Shown: positions 38,454 through 48,816, counted from the stretch's first letter. The stretch: DNA of 64,000 nucleotides from Lentisphaeria bacterium (GCA_041690595.1 JAWLHB010000020.1:1-64000); one strand, 5' to 3'. A program made the numbers and translations. Notes: generated by a model not told the origin, from the letters alone.

Positions 38454-41392
38454 GGAGCATCTTCCCCTGTCTGTTCGGCGAAAAATCTGGGTGTGCCAAC
38501 CGTATACCAGGAGCGGGCGCGATTGCCACCGTTACCCGCCATCAGGTAGTCGGCATTGCTGCTGTTGCCGATCGTGATGCTCCGCAGCAATCGCTTGGCG
38601 GGAAGGGGGCGCATCGCGTCCAGCATGGCCCCGAGATTGACCCTGATAGGGCCCGGCTCGACTTCGCCGAGCAGTCGGGTCCGGCGAAGGGTTGCCTCAC
38701 TCATTGGCCTCAATTGGAACTGCTCGCCGCGCTCGAAATCCGGCGTCAGCAGCGCCTTGGTGTTCTCCAGCGGCGCGTTGATCCGCATCAGATACCCCTT
38801 GCCATCGATATCCAGGTGCAGATTGACCTTGACGCCGGCACCGAGTTCGAGGGGCAGGTCGAGCCAGGGGGAGACGGCCAGGTCGATCGGGGCTTCCGGG
38901 CGCCAGCGAACCGCTTGGAAACCGCCGCCGCGCGTGGCGGTGACGCGCGTGCTCGCCGCGCCGGCATCCTCCAGAACGACATCATCTGTCACCAGGGGCT
39001 GCCAGGCACTCGGTGCGTCGTCGGCGACATAGAGGAAATGCGGCTCCCGGGAAACCGCATCCGCGGCACTGCGGCAGCGGGTGATGGTGAACGCATTGCG
39101 CACCCCCCAGATGCTGGTATGCCCACCGGCAAGCGGCGCCTCGTCCACGTAATCGAAGAGGATCTCGTTATCGAGAAGCACCTGAACTCGCGGGCCGATC
39201 TTGCGCACATGGAAATGCCACCACTTCCAGTGGACCACTCCATGGGATTCGTCCCGGGGAATGAAGTGCTCGCGCGTGGAGGCCACGACCTTGCCATGCC
39301 GAAGCAGCATCGTCTCCTGATTCTCGTTGCCGGCAAAGATGACGCTGTAGCCAGACATGGGATCGAGGCCATTGGTGCAGAAGGAGAAGTTGAGGTTGTG
39401 GCGATTGTACCAGCCGTTGTGCGAGATGAAGATGGCCCACTTCTCATCGGTGGTCGGATCGTAGCTGAAGGTGGTGTCTCCGGCATCCCACGGAAAGGCG
39501 GGCCGCAGAGAGAGGAAGTATTCGTGTTCCTGATCGCCCTGATAGACATGCTTGCCGGTCAGGGCCGGGAGGCCGGTGGCAGCGCCGACAAGGAGGTTCC
39601 ACATGTTGGCGCAGGCCCAGCGCTGATCCATCCGAAAGGCGCCTTCAATCCAGTTCCATTCCGTGGGCGCTTCCTCGAAAAGCTCCTGGACCAGATTCCG
39701 GCTGTAGATCGCGTGGTGATCGGCCCGTGGATAGGCGCCGCGCTCGCCGACCCGGCTGATCGCCAGGTGAAAGGGACCCGCGACAGCCGGCCCCAGTGGC
39801 ACATACTTCCCGCCGACCTGCACCATCAGGCGGTTTCCCTCGTCTTCGTCGCGCTTGAGGCGCAAGGTGAACTCGGCATGATCCGTGGGCCAGACGAAGG
39901 CGGGGAGATCGACGGGGTGCCAGCCCAGCTTGTCATATTGGAAGCGCAGGTCGAGCTTGACGTCGCCCGCCATGAGATCCTTCAGCGTCGCTTCCGAGCG
40001 TGCGATGACCCTGAACTGGTAGAGCCCGAATGGCAGCGTGCCTGCCTCTGCGGTATGCGGGACGGACTCGTACAGGACGGTCCCGAAGAGGGGCAGACGG
40101 GTGACGATCGTGCGAAGGCGTTCACCTTCTTCACTGGTCGTCTTCTGGACGAAGGTGTCGATGGCGCGTGTCCACTGCTGGAAGATCTCCGAATCACGGT
40201 CCTCGTGCAGTTCCTTGGGCGCGAACTCGCGACTCTTGATGTGGATGGGAGTTCCCTTCTCGGGTACCAGCGGCAGACTGGCGTAACGAACGTCGTCGAC
40301 TTCGATGAGGCCCTCGCCACCGCGGATATGAAGGGGACCGGTAAGGCGGTAGGGGAGCGGTGCCTCGATGATCGGTACGCCGTCGAGCAGCGCGGTCAGA
40401 TGATGGCCATTGCGTAGGTGCAGGCCGAGGGTCATCCAGTTGGTCAGCGGCGGCCGGCGATCGAAGTCGCTGGCGATCACCTCCCATGGATCGTCGGGGG
40501 AAGCGCGATGGATCAGGACGAAGGTGCGACTCTCTCCCTGCCAGCCAAAGGCGGCCTGGGCGCCCTTGGGATCTCCAAGCATGAGCTGAATATCTGTACC
40601 CAGTGGCAGCGTCATGGTATCGACGACATTCGTTGTCTTGGGAATGCCGAAGTAGAAACGCGCTTCGGCGGCCAGGTGCGGGAGCGGATCGAGTTGACAG
40701 CTCAGGATGCCGTTGTTCGAGCCGATAACGGAAAAGGGGTTGACTGCGCGGGGATGGTGGACATTGGCGGCATCCTCGTCTGTTTCGGCCATGCCGGCGC
40801 CGTGCTGATTGAGGCGCCAGGTGCCACGCTCGATCTTCCAGGGAGCTTCCTCCAGCTTGGTGCGCATGAAGCCGTCGGCGAAGCTCACCGGATTGCAGGT
40901 GGTCGTATCGACGACCGGCTCGGTTGGCGAAGCGCTGGCCCAGAAGATCTGCCAATCGGCGAGATCGACGCCGATCCACTTGCCGTCGATGAAGAGGGTA
41001 AGGCCATCCTCGGTGAAGAGCAATTCGCCCCTTTCCTTGAGCGTGGTCATTTCGCCCAGTCCGGTTCGGATCAGGCCGCTTTCGTCGATGTAGATGTAGC
41101 TGCCCTGCGGATTGGGCGGCTTCAGGTAGAGCGTGTGGGTGCTGAGGGTGGCATGATCGAAGTAGAGGCTTCTGACGCCGTCGGCGGCTTGCGGGTCGCC
41201 GGCAACCTGAACCAGATACAGCCCCGCGTCCGTCAATCGTTTCTCCATCTTGCCCTGCAGATCCTTCAAGGACTGAACTGGCCGCCAGAACGAGTGCCAG
41301 ACGAACACGCCCGCCGATCCGATTACGATCAGCAGAAACGCTGCCACGATGGCCATGCTGATCAGGCAGCTCGCCTTACCTTTCTTCTTCAT
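38450..41392 (-). CDS. Large membrane-anchored periplasmic hypothetical protein (beta-rich, lectin-like domains possible)
   Basis: 980 aa; basic N-terminus plus a single TM; ATGA overlap with the downstream gene. Confidence 0.65.
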   Translation of the reverse strand: MKKKGKASCLISMAIVAAFLLIVIGSAGVFVWHSFWRPVQSLKDLQGKMEKRLTDAGLYLVQVAGDPQAADGVRSLYFDHATLSTHTLYLKPPNPQGSYIYIDESGLIRTGLGEMTTLKERGELLFTEDGLTLFIDGKWIGVDLADWQIFWASASPTEPVVDTTTCNPVSFADGFMRTKLEEAPWKIERGTWRLNQHGAGMAETDEDAANVHHPRAVNPFSVIGSNNGILSCQLDPLPHLAAEARFYFGIPKTTNVVDTMTLPLGTDIQLMLGDPKGAQAAFGWQGESRTFVLIHRASPDDPWEVIASDFDRRPPLTNWMTLGLHLRNGHHLTALLDGVPIIEAPLPYRLTGPLHIRGGEGLIEVDDVRYASLPLVPEKGTPIHIKSREFAPKELHEDRDSEIFQQWTRAIDTFVQKTTSEEGERLRTIVTRLPLFGTVLYESVPHTAEAGTLPFGLYQFRVIARSEATLKDLMAGDVKLDLRFQYDKLGWHPVDLPAFVWPTDHAEFTLRLKRDEDEGNRLMVQVGGKYVPLGPAVAGPFHLAISRVGERGAYPRADHHAIYSRNLVQELFEEAPTEWNWIEGAFRMDQRWACANMWNLLVGAATGLPALTGKHVYQGDQEHEYFLSLRPAFPWDAGDTTFSYDPTTDEKWAIFISHNGWYNRHNLNFSFCTNGLDPMSGYSVIFAGNENQETMLLRHGKVVASTREHFIPRDESHGVVHWKWWHFHVRKIGPRVQVLLDNEILFDYVDEAPLAGGHTSIWGVRNAFTITRCRSAADAVSREPHFLYVADDAPSAWQPLVTDDVVLEDAGAASTRVTATRGGGFQAVRWRPEAPIDLAVSPWLDLPLELGAGVKVNLHLDIDGKGYLMRINAPLENTKALLTPDFERGEQFQLRPMSEATLRRTRLLGEVEPGPIRVNLGAMLDAMRPLPAKRLLRSITIGNSSNADYLMAGNGGNRARSWYTVGTPRFFAEQTGEDAP

Positions 41393-41590
41393 AATGCTCC
41401 CGCCGCTTGGTTTGCATGGTTAGATCACAGTCGACTGGCAAAGTGTCATGGCTGAAGTGTCTTTTTTCAATGTGCCACGAAAAAAGATCCCAAATATATA
41501 TGTATTTAAGAAGCGCGGATGTATCTTAATAGCTTCTCTTGAGGCGCAATCGGGTGCCCACGTACCACCAGTAATCAGCAGGAATTGACT

Positions 41591-42256
41591 ATGTATGTTG
41601 TGAAGCGTGCCACACAGGCACCAAGTCTCAATGGTGAACCGCAATGTCCGGTGTGGATGGCTGCGGACACCCTGTGGCTGGAGCATTTCCACGCAAAGAG
41701 CAGTACGCATCGGCCACGGGTCTCGGCGCGCGTGCTGTACGGAGATGACGAGCTTTACCTCTACTTCCTGATCGAGGATCGGTATATAAGGTCGATTCGG
41801 ACGACCTACCAGGCCAGCGTCTGCCGCGATAGTTGCGTGGAGTGGTTTGTTCGGCCCAAACCGGACAAGGGCTACTTCAACTTCGAGATCAATGCGGGTG
41901 GAACGCTCCTGCTCTATTACATCAGCGACGCGGGCCGCACAGCCAAGGGCTTCAAGGAATGGCAGCCGGTCGATTGGGAGCACGCCAAACTGGCGGAGAT
42001 CCATACCTCCCTTCCCGAAACTGTCGAACCCGAGATCACCGAGCCGCTCACCTGGTGGATGAAGGCGCGCATCCCATTGGCCCTTTTCGAGGCCTACGTC
42101 GGCCCCATTGGCGACCTTTCCGGCCAGACCTGGCATGCCAACTTCTACAAGTGCGCTGACGAGACCTCGCATCCGCATTGGGCAAGCTGGCAGGAAGTCG
42201 GCGATCCACTCGACTTCCATAAGCCGCACTGCTTCGGCCCCATCACCTTCGCCTGA
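41591..42256 (+). CDS. Carbohydrate-binding family 9-like (DOMON-like) protein
   Basis: VCRDSCVEWF, YFNFEINAGG, ANFYKCAD and DFH.P..FG motifs. Confidence 0.85.
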   Translation: MYVVKRATQAPSLNGEPQCPVWMAADTLWLEHFHAKSSTHRPRVSARVLYGDDELYLYFLIEDRYIRSIRTTYQASVCRDSCVEWFVRPKPDKGYFNFEINAGGTLLLYYISDAGRTAKGFKEWQPVDWEHAKLAEIHTSLPETVEPEITEPLTWWMKARIPLALFEAYVGPIGDLSGQTWHANFYKCADETSHPHWASWQEVGDPLDFHKPHCFGPITFA

Positions 42257-42264
42257 GTCGGCGA

Positions 42265-43086
42265 TCAGTCTTCCGCCTGGGAGGTGACGAGGACGTTCAT
42301 CGAGCCGGAGCGAAAGCCAGTCAGATCGATGGTGACGAAGGCAAAGCCGATGCGTTTGAGCGCGCGGCTGAGGGTTTCGCGCATCTCGAAGGCGCGGCCC
42401 ATTTCGTCTTCGCCGACCTCCAGCCGGGCCAACTGACCGTGACTGCGAACGCGATAGATGCGGAAGCCGTGCTGCTTGAGAAGGCGCTCGGCTTCTTCCA
42501 CCCGGCGCAGCTTCTTTTCGGTGATGCGTTCGCCGTACGGGAAGCGTGAGGCGAGGCATGCGTAGGCGGGCTTGTCCCAGGTTGGCAGGGCCATCTCCCG
42601 GGAAAGCTGGCGGATATCGTCTTTGGTGAAGCCGGCTTCCTGCAGCGGATGGCGAACCTCCTGCTCGTGGGCTGCCTTCTGGCCGGGGCGATAATCCTGG
42701 AGGTCGTCCGCATTGAAGCCGTCGGCCAGTTGATCCATGCCCTCGCGCCTGGCGATCGGCCACAGCCGCGTGTACATCTCGGTCTTGCAGAAGTAGCATC
42801 GGCTGGGCGGGTTGTCGGCGTAGGCGTCGTTCTCCAGTTCCTTGGTCTCCACCGTCAGGAGCCGGATCTTTCGGGAGGAGGCAAATTCCTGGACAAATCT
42901 GGCTTCGTCTTCGGGAAAAGAGGGGCTGAGGGCATTGATGAGGAGGAGATCGCTGGGGGGCAGGACCTCCTGGGCAAAGGCGGCAAGGAAGGTGCTGTCG
43001 ACGCCGCCGGAGTAAGCGATGGCCACTCGCCCATACTGGCGAAGGATGGCTGCCAGTTTCTCGCTCTTACCAGTCAATTCGTTCAT
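42265..43086 (-). CDS. larE: ATP-dependent sulfur transferase LarE family
   Basis: SGGVDS PP-loop, RCYFCK, DYRPG, ACLASRFPYG and GFRSGSMN motifs. Confidence 0.9.
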   Translation of the reverse strand: MNELTGKSEKLAAILRQYGRVAIAYSGGVDSTFLAAFAQEVLPPSDLLLINALSPSFPEDEARFVQEFASSRKIRLLTVETKELENDAYADNPPSRCYFCKTEMYTRLWPIARREGMDQLADGFNADDLQDYRPGQKAAHEQEVRHPLQEAGFTKDDIRQLSREMALPTWDKPAYACLASRFPYGERITEKKLRRVEEAERLLKQHGFRIYRVRSHGQLARLEVGEDEMGRAFEMRETLSRALKRIGFAFVTIDLTGFRSGSMNVLVTSQAED

Positions 43087-43271
43087 GGTGATCCATCATG
43101 GCAGGTTAAAGGTTGGGTTGTACACTACAACCGCCCCGCGCAAAAGCAAAAGCTGTGAATTGCGGGAATCACGGATAGACGTGCGGCGGCGGCGCGCTAC
43201 ATTACCTCCTTGATCCCCGCGGGCACTTTGCCGGCCGGGCGAACCGACCCTTTCCCTCTCTTTTCAGCCAG

Positions 43272-44696
43272 ATGACGCAGCAGCTCAAGATACAGTTCGA
43301 GCACCGCAACACCGTTCGCCAGAACCTTCGGGACGGCACCTTCAGTATCTTTCTGGAGTATGCGCCGCCAACGGCGGATCAGCCCTTCAAGCTTGCCATG
43401 AAGCCCGGCATCGAGCTGGCGGGCTTCGCCGAGAAGGATGACCGCATCGCTTCCCTCGCCATCACCCACAATTACAGCGGCTATCCGGGCCACGATCTGG
43501 TGAAGGTGGCGGAATACCTTCACGAGCATTGCCGCAAGGAATCGATCGTCTATCTCTCCGGACGGGGCATGGATGCGCGCGAATGCCGCCGATTGCTGGC
43601 GGGGCTGGTCTCCCTGGGGATCAACACCGTGTGCGCGGTATCCGGGCTGGCCGGCGCGGATCACCCGCGGGACAAACGTGGCCGCGCCCTCTGCGAACCG
43701 GGCAGCTATCTCGATGCGTGTGACCAGTTGCGGCTCATCCGGGCCGATTATCCAGACATGTTCCTGGGGGCCACGACCAATCCCTTCAAGTACAACATCT
43801 CCGACGTCTACCTGCAGTACAGCAAGATGGTGAAGAAGCTCAATTGCGGTGCCGGGTTCGTGGTGGCGCAGGCCGGCTGGGACATGAAGAAGTATCAGGA
43901 GCTTCAGTGGTACCTGCAGAGCCGCAACGTCAACGATCCCTTCGTGGCGCGCCTGCTGCTGCTGGCGCCGCGGGACATCGCCCCGATCCTGCGGAACGGG
44001 CAGGGCGGCATCATCATGTCGCGCGAGTTTGGCGCTCTCCTGCAGCGCGAATCGCAGGTGAGCGATGCACAGGCGCTCACGGCCCAGATCCGGCGCATCT
44101 CCCTGCAGGCTGCCGGCTGTCGGCTGCTCGGCTACAGTGGCATCCAGTTAGCGGGCCTGCACGATGTGGGCGTGGCGCGTACGGTCGTGGATCGTGTGGT
44201 GGAGGCCCTCGCCGAGTTCCAGGACTACAACAGCTGGCTGGACGCGTGGAGCGACTTTCACAACAGGATCGAGATGGCGCCGTACCCTTACCGCTACTAT
44301 GCCTTCAAGCAACTTCTCGAAAAGGATGCACCCACCATCGACCCCGAGGCGGATCTGCACACCAGTTTCACGATTCCGCCACCGGGGCTGGCCGACAAGG
44401 CTCGCTACCGGATGGGGAAATTTCTGGGGCTTGAGCGGCACGACGGCCCGATCGCCCGGGCAGCGCGGGCAGTGGTATGTCAGGGTGGGATTCAGCGCGA
44501 CTGGAAGGTGAAGGGCACCTTCTACCTGGCTGCATCCTCATGCCCCAAGGGGCTGCAGGCCGGTGCGTGCGGTGGTTCATGGCCGGATGGTACCTGCGAG
44601 CTGGGTGGCCGGCCCTGCTTCTATCACCGCGTCCTCTCCCTCGCCGATTGGCGGAATCATCTCGAGGCACTGGAAGAACGTGATGCGACTCGATGA
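43272..44696 (+). CDS. Methylenetetrahydrofolate reductase-like protein with C-terminal Cys-rich (MetV/MTHFR_C-like) domain
   Basis: NPFKY...K..KKL..GA.FVV.Q.G.D barrel motifs; CPKGL..GACGGS..G.CE....C tail. Confidence 0.75.
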   Translation: MTQQLKIQFEHRNTVRQNLRDGTFSIFLEYAPPTADQPFKLAMKPGIELAGFAEKDDRIASLAITHNYSGYPGHDLVKVAEYLHEHCRKESIVYLSGRGMDARECRRLLAGLVSLGINTVCAVSGLAGADHPRDKRGRALCEPGSYLDACDQLRLIRADYPDMFLGATTNPFKYNISDVYLQYSKMVKKLNCGAGFVVAQAGWDMKKYQELQWYLQSRNVNDPFVARLLLLAPRDIAPILRNGQGGIIMSREFGALLQRESQVSDAQALTAQIRRISLQAAGCRLLGYSGIQLAGLHDVGVARTVVDRVVEALAEFQDYNSWLDAWSDFHNRIEMAPYPYRYYAFKQLLEKDAPTIDPEADLHTSFTIPPPGLADKARYRMGKFLGLERHDGPIARAARAVVCQGGIQRDWKVKGTFYLAASSCPKGLQAGACGGSWPDGTCELGGRPCFYHRVLSLADWRNHLEALEERDATR

Positions 44697-45609
44697 AGAT
44701 GCGTTCCTCGCTGCCCTGATTGCCGGCCTCCCCACCAGCGACGAGCTTCTCATTCCTCCAGGTGACGATTGTGCCGCGATCGCCTGGGGACCCGACGAAT
44801 GGATGCTGATCGCGGTCGATCAGGTGGCCGCCGATGTGCACTATCATGGCCGCCAGGCGCCTGACCCCACGCCGCCGGAACTGGCTGGACGAAAGCTGCT
44901 GGCTCGCAATCTGAGCGACATAGCCGCCATGGGGGGGCGCCCGCGCTTCGCCCTGCTGGCCATCGCCGCGGCCGCTGACTGCTCACGCGAGTGGGCCGAT
45001 GCGTTTGCCTCGGGCGTCAACGAGCTGGCCGTTGCAACCGGCACGCTGATGATCGGTGGCGATCTGGCCAGGGGCGGCAGCGACGTGGCCAGCCTGACCA
45101 TCCTGGGAAGCGTGGCGCCGGATCGGCTCCTTCGTCGCAATGCCGTGAAAGCGGGCGACCGGATCTTTGTGACCGGCAGCTTTGGCGGATCGCTGGCAAG
45201 CGGTCATCATCTCACCTTCGAGCCGCGTCTGGCGGAGGGCCGGTGGCTGGCCGGTCGAGGAATCCGGAGCGGGATCGACGTGAGCGACGGACTGCTGAAG
45301 GATCTGGAGCGGCTGTGCCATGCCTCGGGGGTGGGGGCCTCTCTTGACCTGGAGGCGGTGCCCCGGCGTTGCCTCGGCGGCGAGCCGGTCGGGATTGCGG
45401 AGGCGCTTCTGGGAGGAGAGGACTATGAGCTGATCGTGTCGGTTCCGGAAGCGATGGCGGAGACAATTGTGCCGCAGTGGCCTTTTGCCACTCCACTGAC
45501 CCCGGTTGGCCGCTTTGTGGCACGGCAGGACTCCATGACACCCGTGCATGACAGGCACGGCGAGGAGTTGCGCCGCCGCTTCGGCACGTCGTTCAACCAC
45601 TTTGCCTGA
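44683..45609 (+). CDS. thiL: Thiamine-monophosphate kinase
   Basis: GDDCA, NLSDIAAMGG, GGD, DVSDGL and GEDYEL motifs; start ATG 44683. Confidence 0.93.
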   Translation: MRLDEDAFLAALIAGLPTSDELLIPPGDDCAAIAWGPDEWMLIAVDQVAADVHYHGRQAPDPTPPELAGRKLLARNLSDIAAMGGRPRFALLAIAAAADCSREWADAFASGVNELAVATGTLMIGGDLARGGSDVASLTILGSVAPDRLLRRNAVKAGDRIFVTGSFGGSLASGHHLTFEPRLAEGRWLAGRGIRSGIDVSDGLLKDLERLCHASGVGASLDLEAVPRRCLGGEPVGIAEALLGGEDYELIVSVPEAMAETIVPQWPFATPLTPVGRFVARQDSMTPVHDRHGEELRRRFGTSFNHFA

Positions 45610-48600
45610 TCAACTGGTGGCGAGGCGTTCCTCACCGACCACCTGCAGGCTGTGGGCAAAGAGGCGGCTGCCGCGAATGAGCTGGAAGAAGTCGTCCTTC
45701 TCCAGCACCAGCAGCTCCGTATGCTCGGCTGCCCGCACCGTGGCCGTCCGCGGGATATCCTTGAGGAGGGCGATTTCGCCGAAATACTCGCGCGGACCAA
45801 GCTCGCAGATTCCCTCCTCCTGGTCGCCCATGATGGCGATGACGTTGACGCGCCCGGACTTGATGAGGTAGAACTCCTTGCCGATGTCGCCCTGCATGAT
45901 GATGTCGGTGCCGGCTTCGAAGCGCATGGCCCGCACGCGCGGCAGGACGGTCCGCAGGAGCGTCGTCGGCAAGTCACCGAAGAGGGGGATTCGCAACAGG
46001 GTCTGGAGGTTGTAGAGCCGGTCGCGGATGCGATGCACCATCTCCGGATAGTACTGGGTGAACTTATCAAAGTCGTCGCGACGCAGCGCCAGGAGCCGGG
46101 TATCAGCGGCGGCTCGTACGCTGGCGACGCGCGGCGTGTGCTCCAGCAGGGCGGTTTCGCCGAAGAAGTCGCCGCCCATGAGAAAGGCGACCAGGCGGTG
46201 CTCGCCGATGGAGTCGCGTTCTTCGACCTGGACTTCGCCGTCGATGACGATGTAGCAGGTATCGCCAAAGTCGCCCTGGCGGACGATCAACTCGCCAGCC
46301 GGATAATGGCAGAGGATCGAGTGGCGCGCCAGCAACTGACGTTCGTTGGTGGAGAGTTCGGTGAACATGCTGATCGCGTTGATCAGCCGTATGCGCGCCC
46401 CGCTGTCCAGTTCCGCTTCGGCCCGATAGCGATTCTCCCACGGGCTGCCCGGCAGGAGGTACTGCTCGAGCATCAGCTTGCATTCCCAGTGCAGCATCCG
46501 GAAGACGCGATCCATGGCCTGGGTGGCAAAAAGGTGGCCATAGACGTTGCCGACAGTCCGCTGCACCTCGAGCAGCCGCCCGCGATAGATGGCGCCAATC
46601 TCTTCAGGGGTGCTCTCCTCCGGTACAAAGAGGCTGGAGAATCCGAAGACGGCGCTCTCATGGCCGCGATTCACCCGCTTCTCGATCGCTTCAAGTCCGT
46701 GCTCGCCGAACTTGCTGGAGAGCAACTGGGCGAGAGTCTCCATGACGTTGGCGAGAATGCGTTTGAGGGATTGTTCAGGCGTGTCCCGCGACATGTCTAT
46801 GGCGAAGGATTCGAGCGGTACATCGAGGTCCCGCAGGACGCGCAGGATGACGGCACTGCCGATCACGATCAGGGCCATGCCGACGAAGCGATTGTTGTCG
46901 ATGTGGGCGAGCAGCAGCGGGTTCCCCCGGAGGCCGCGCCAAGCGGCCGCGCCGAGTACAATGGAACCGACAAAGACGGTCAGCTCCGGCAGCAGCAGCC
47001 GGGTCTTGCGGAAGGCGATGGGATGAAGCTTGGCGGCCAGCCCGATCAGGTAGCCGATGACCAGCAGGGCAAGCACGACGGCATGAGCGTTGCGCGCCAG
47101 GTGCAGATTCTGCGTGACATGATTCTCCAGCACCATGGCGCTGGTACTCAGCAGCATGGCAAGCGCCAGACAGATCGTCCGGGCGGTCAGGTACGACCAG
47201 CCTTCGCGCATGACCTCCCGGATCAGCAGCAGGGCACCGATCACACCCAGCAGGATGGTCGCCCAGTGGAGATAATGCACGGCGGATTCCGCCGTGGCCA
47301 GATGCAGAAAGCTGAGCAGGTGCAGGAAGCCCAGGAAGACGATGATGGCGCCCAGCCCGCAGCCGATCAGCACCGTTGGCCGGCGCCAGACCGGCAGGTC
47401 ACGCAGCCATTTCCAGACCACGAAACCACCCCAGGCGCAGGACGCAATCAGCGAGCCAAGCAGCAGGAGCAGACCCAGAACGACGATGGCCATCACGAAA
47501 TAACGCTCTTCGGAGAGGATCGCCAGATCGCTGCTGACGACGGTCTGCAGGTCACTGATATACAGGTGCTGCTGGACATCCCCAGCTCGATTCCAGACGT
47601 AGATGAGGTTGTTGAGCACGTACTGATTCGCCATCATCAGGCTGAAGATAAAGGCGGCTGCCAGTCCCAGCCAGAAGGCGGCGACCAGGTTGAAGGCCAG
47701 GTAGAACTTGTGCTCTACCGCCAGGCGCGTCTCCCCGCGAAAGGCCGTGGCAAGGCTGTAGCGCAGGAAGCCGAAGGCTTTGCGCCGGAAGTTCCGGATG
47801 TCGCTCAGCACTCGCATCAGCCAGGTGAACTCGCTCCCGGAAAAAGGCGAAAAGTGCAGAAAGGCGCGGAGGTAAAGGATATAGACGAACTTGTAGAGCA
47901 GCTCGCGCAGGGGATCCTGAAAGAGGTTGAAGGTGAGCAGCAGCGAGCAGAGGGCGGCCAGCAGCAGCTCGGCGCAGATGCCGGATCCTCCTACCAGCAG
48001 GCGGTAGCGCATCGGCAGGACGGCAACCCAGGTGCCGCGATGCTGGAAGACCGGGATCAGGTAGTTGAACGCCAGGCTCATGCCTTCCGCCTTCTCCTCG
48101 CCCAGAAGCTTGTACGTGTAGGCCGCCTGCATGGCGCCGCGAGAGAGCTGATGGATGAAGGATGCGACCAGATGCAGGAGCAGCAGCAGGACGAAACCAA
48201 GGACATACGAAGGCGGGATGACCCCGACCCCGGGTAAGATATACGTTTGCGACAGGCGGATCAGGGGATAGTCGTGAAGACCATCCAGATTGCTGAAGAG
48301 GCAGATCCCCGCGATGATTGCCACGATGCCGACAAGCATCGCCCATGTCTCGCCGAGCGGCAGGTGCCGCGGCAATCGTCCCACCAGCGACGCCAGCCTG
48401 GCGCTTCCCGGCACCGGCATGCGGCACCAGCCCGTCAGGTAGAGCGGCACTCTGCGCCAGGCAGGCAGACGAGCGGCACCTGACGCCATCATCGGGTCGC
48501 TTTCCAGAAAACCTTCCTCCCACAAGCGGTGGATCAGCGAGTAGAGGCGGGTCAGCACCAGGGTGCGATGGCGGCCCAGGTACTGCTGGCAGACGTCGTT

Positions 48601-48816
48601 GACGGTGCTGCGGCCGTCGAACATATCCCACAGCAGCTTGTCGCTGTCCGAGAGGGCGAGTTGATGTTCGCCATTCTCCCGGCTGAGCAGGTAGCGGCTC
48701 TCGGCGGGCTCGCTGGGGCCCCGGTCGTAAAGGGTGGCACCCGGCTTCTTCCGCGGTACGTAGACCTCGGGCTCGAAGCCGGAATTTCGAATGGGCGTGA
48801 CGCTTTCCATGCTCAT
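45610..48816 (-). CDS. Membrane protein: PqqD/RRE-like N-terminus, degenerate M50-like TM region, two cyclic-nucleotide-binding domains
   Basis: Two QGD.G...GE.ALL...R.A.V.A cNMP domains; LLWDMFDGRSTV N-terminal motif; about 12 TM helices. Confidence 0.75.
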   Translation of the reverse strand: MSMESVTPIRNSGFEPEVYVPRKKPGATLYDRGPSEPAESRYLLSRENGEHQLALSDSDKLLWDMFDGRSTVNDVCQQYLGRHRTLVLTRLYSLIHRLWEEGFLESDPMMASGAARLPAWRRVPLYLTGWCRMPVPGSARLASLVGRLPRHLPLGETWAMLVGIVAIIAGICLFSNLDGLHDYPLIRLSQTYILPGVGVIPPSYVLGFVLLLLLHLVASFIHQLSRGAMQAAYTYKLLGEEKAEGMSLAFNYLIPVFQHRGTWVAVLPMRYRLLVGGSGICAELLLAALCSLLLTFNLFQDPLRELLYKFVYILYLRAFLHFSPFSGSEFTWLMRVLSDIRNFRRKAFGFLRYSLATAFRGETRLAVEHKFYLAFNLVAAFWLGLAAAFIFSLMMANQYVLNNLIYVWNRAGDVQQHLYISDLQTVVSSDLAILSEERYFVMAIVVLGLLLLLGSLIASCAWGGFVVWKWLRDLPVWRRPTVLIGCGLGAIIVFLGFLHLLSFLHLATAESAVHYLHWATILLGVIGALLLIREVMREGWSYLTARTICLALAMLLSTSAMVLENHVTQNLHLARNAHAVVLALLVIGYLIGLAAKLHPIAFRKTRLLLPELTVFVGSIVLGAAAWRGLRGNPLLLAHIDNNRFVGMALIVIGSAVILRVLRDLDVPLESFAIDMSRDTPEQSLKRILANVMETLAQLLSSKFGEHGLEAIEKRVNRGHESAVFGFSSLFVPEESTPEEIGAIYRGRLLEVQRTVGNVYGHLFATQAMDRVFRMLHWECKLMLEQYLLPGSPWENRYRAEAELDSGARIRLINAISMFTELSTNERQLLARHSILCHYPAGELIVRQGDFGDTCYIVIDGEVQVEERDSIGEHRLVAFLMGGDFFGETALLEHTPRVASVRAAADTRLLALRRDDFDKFTQYYPEMVHRIRDRLYNLQTLLRIPLFGDLPTTLLRTVLPRVRAMRFEAGTDIIMQGDIGKEFYLIKSGRVNVIAIMGDQEEGICELGPREYFGEIALLKDIPRTATVRAAEHTELLVLEKDDFFQLIRGSRLFAHSLQVVGEERLATS

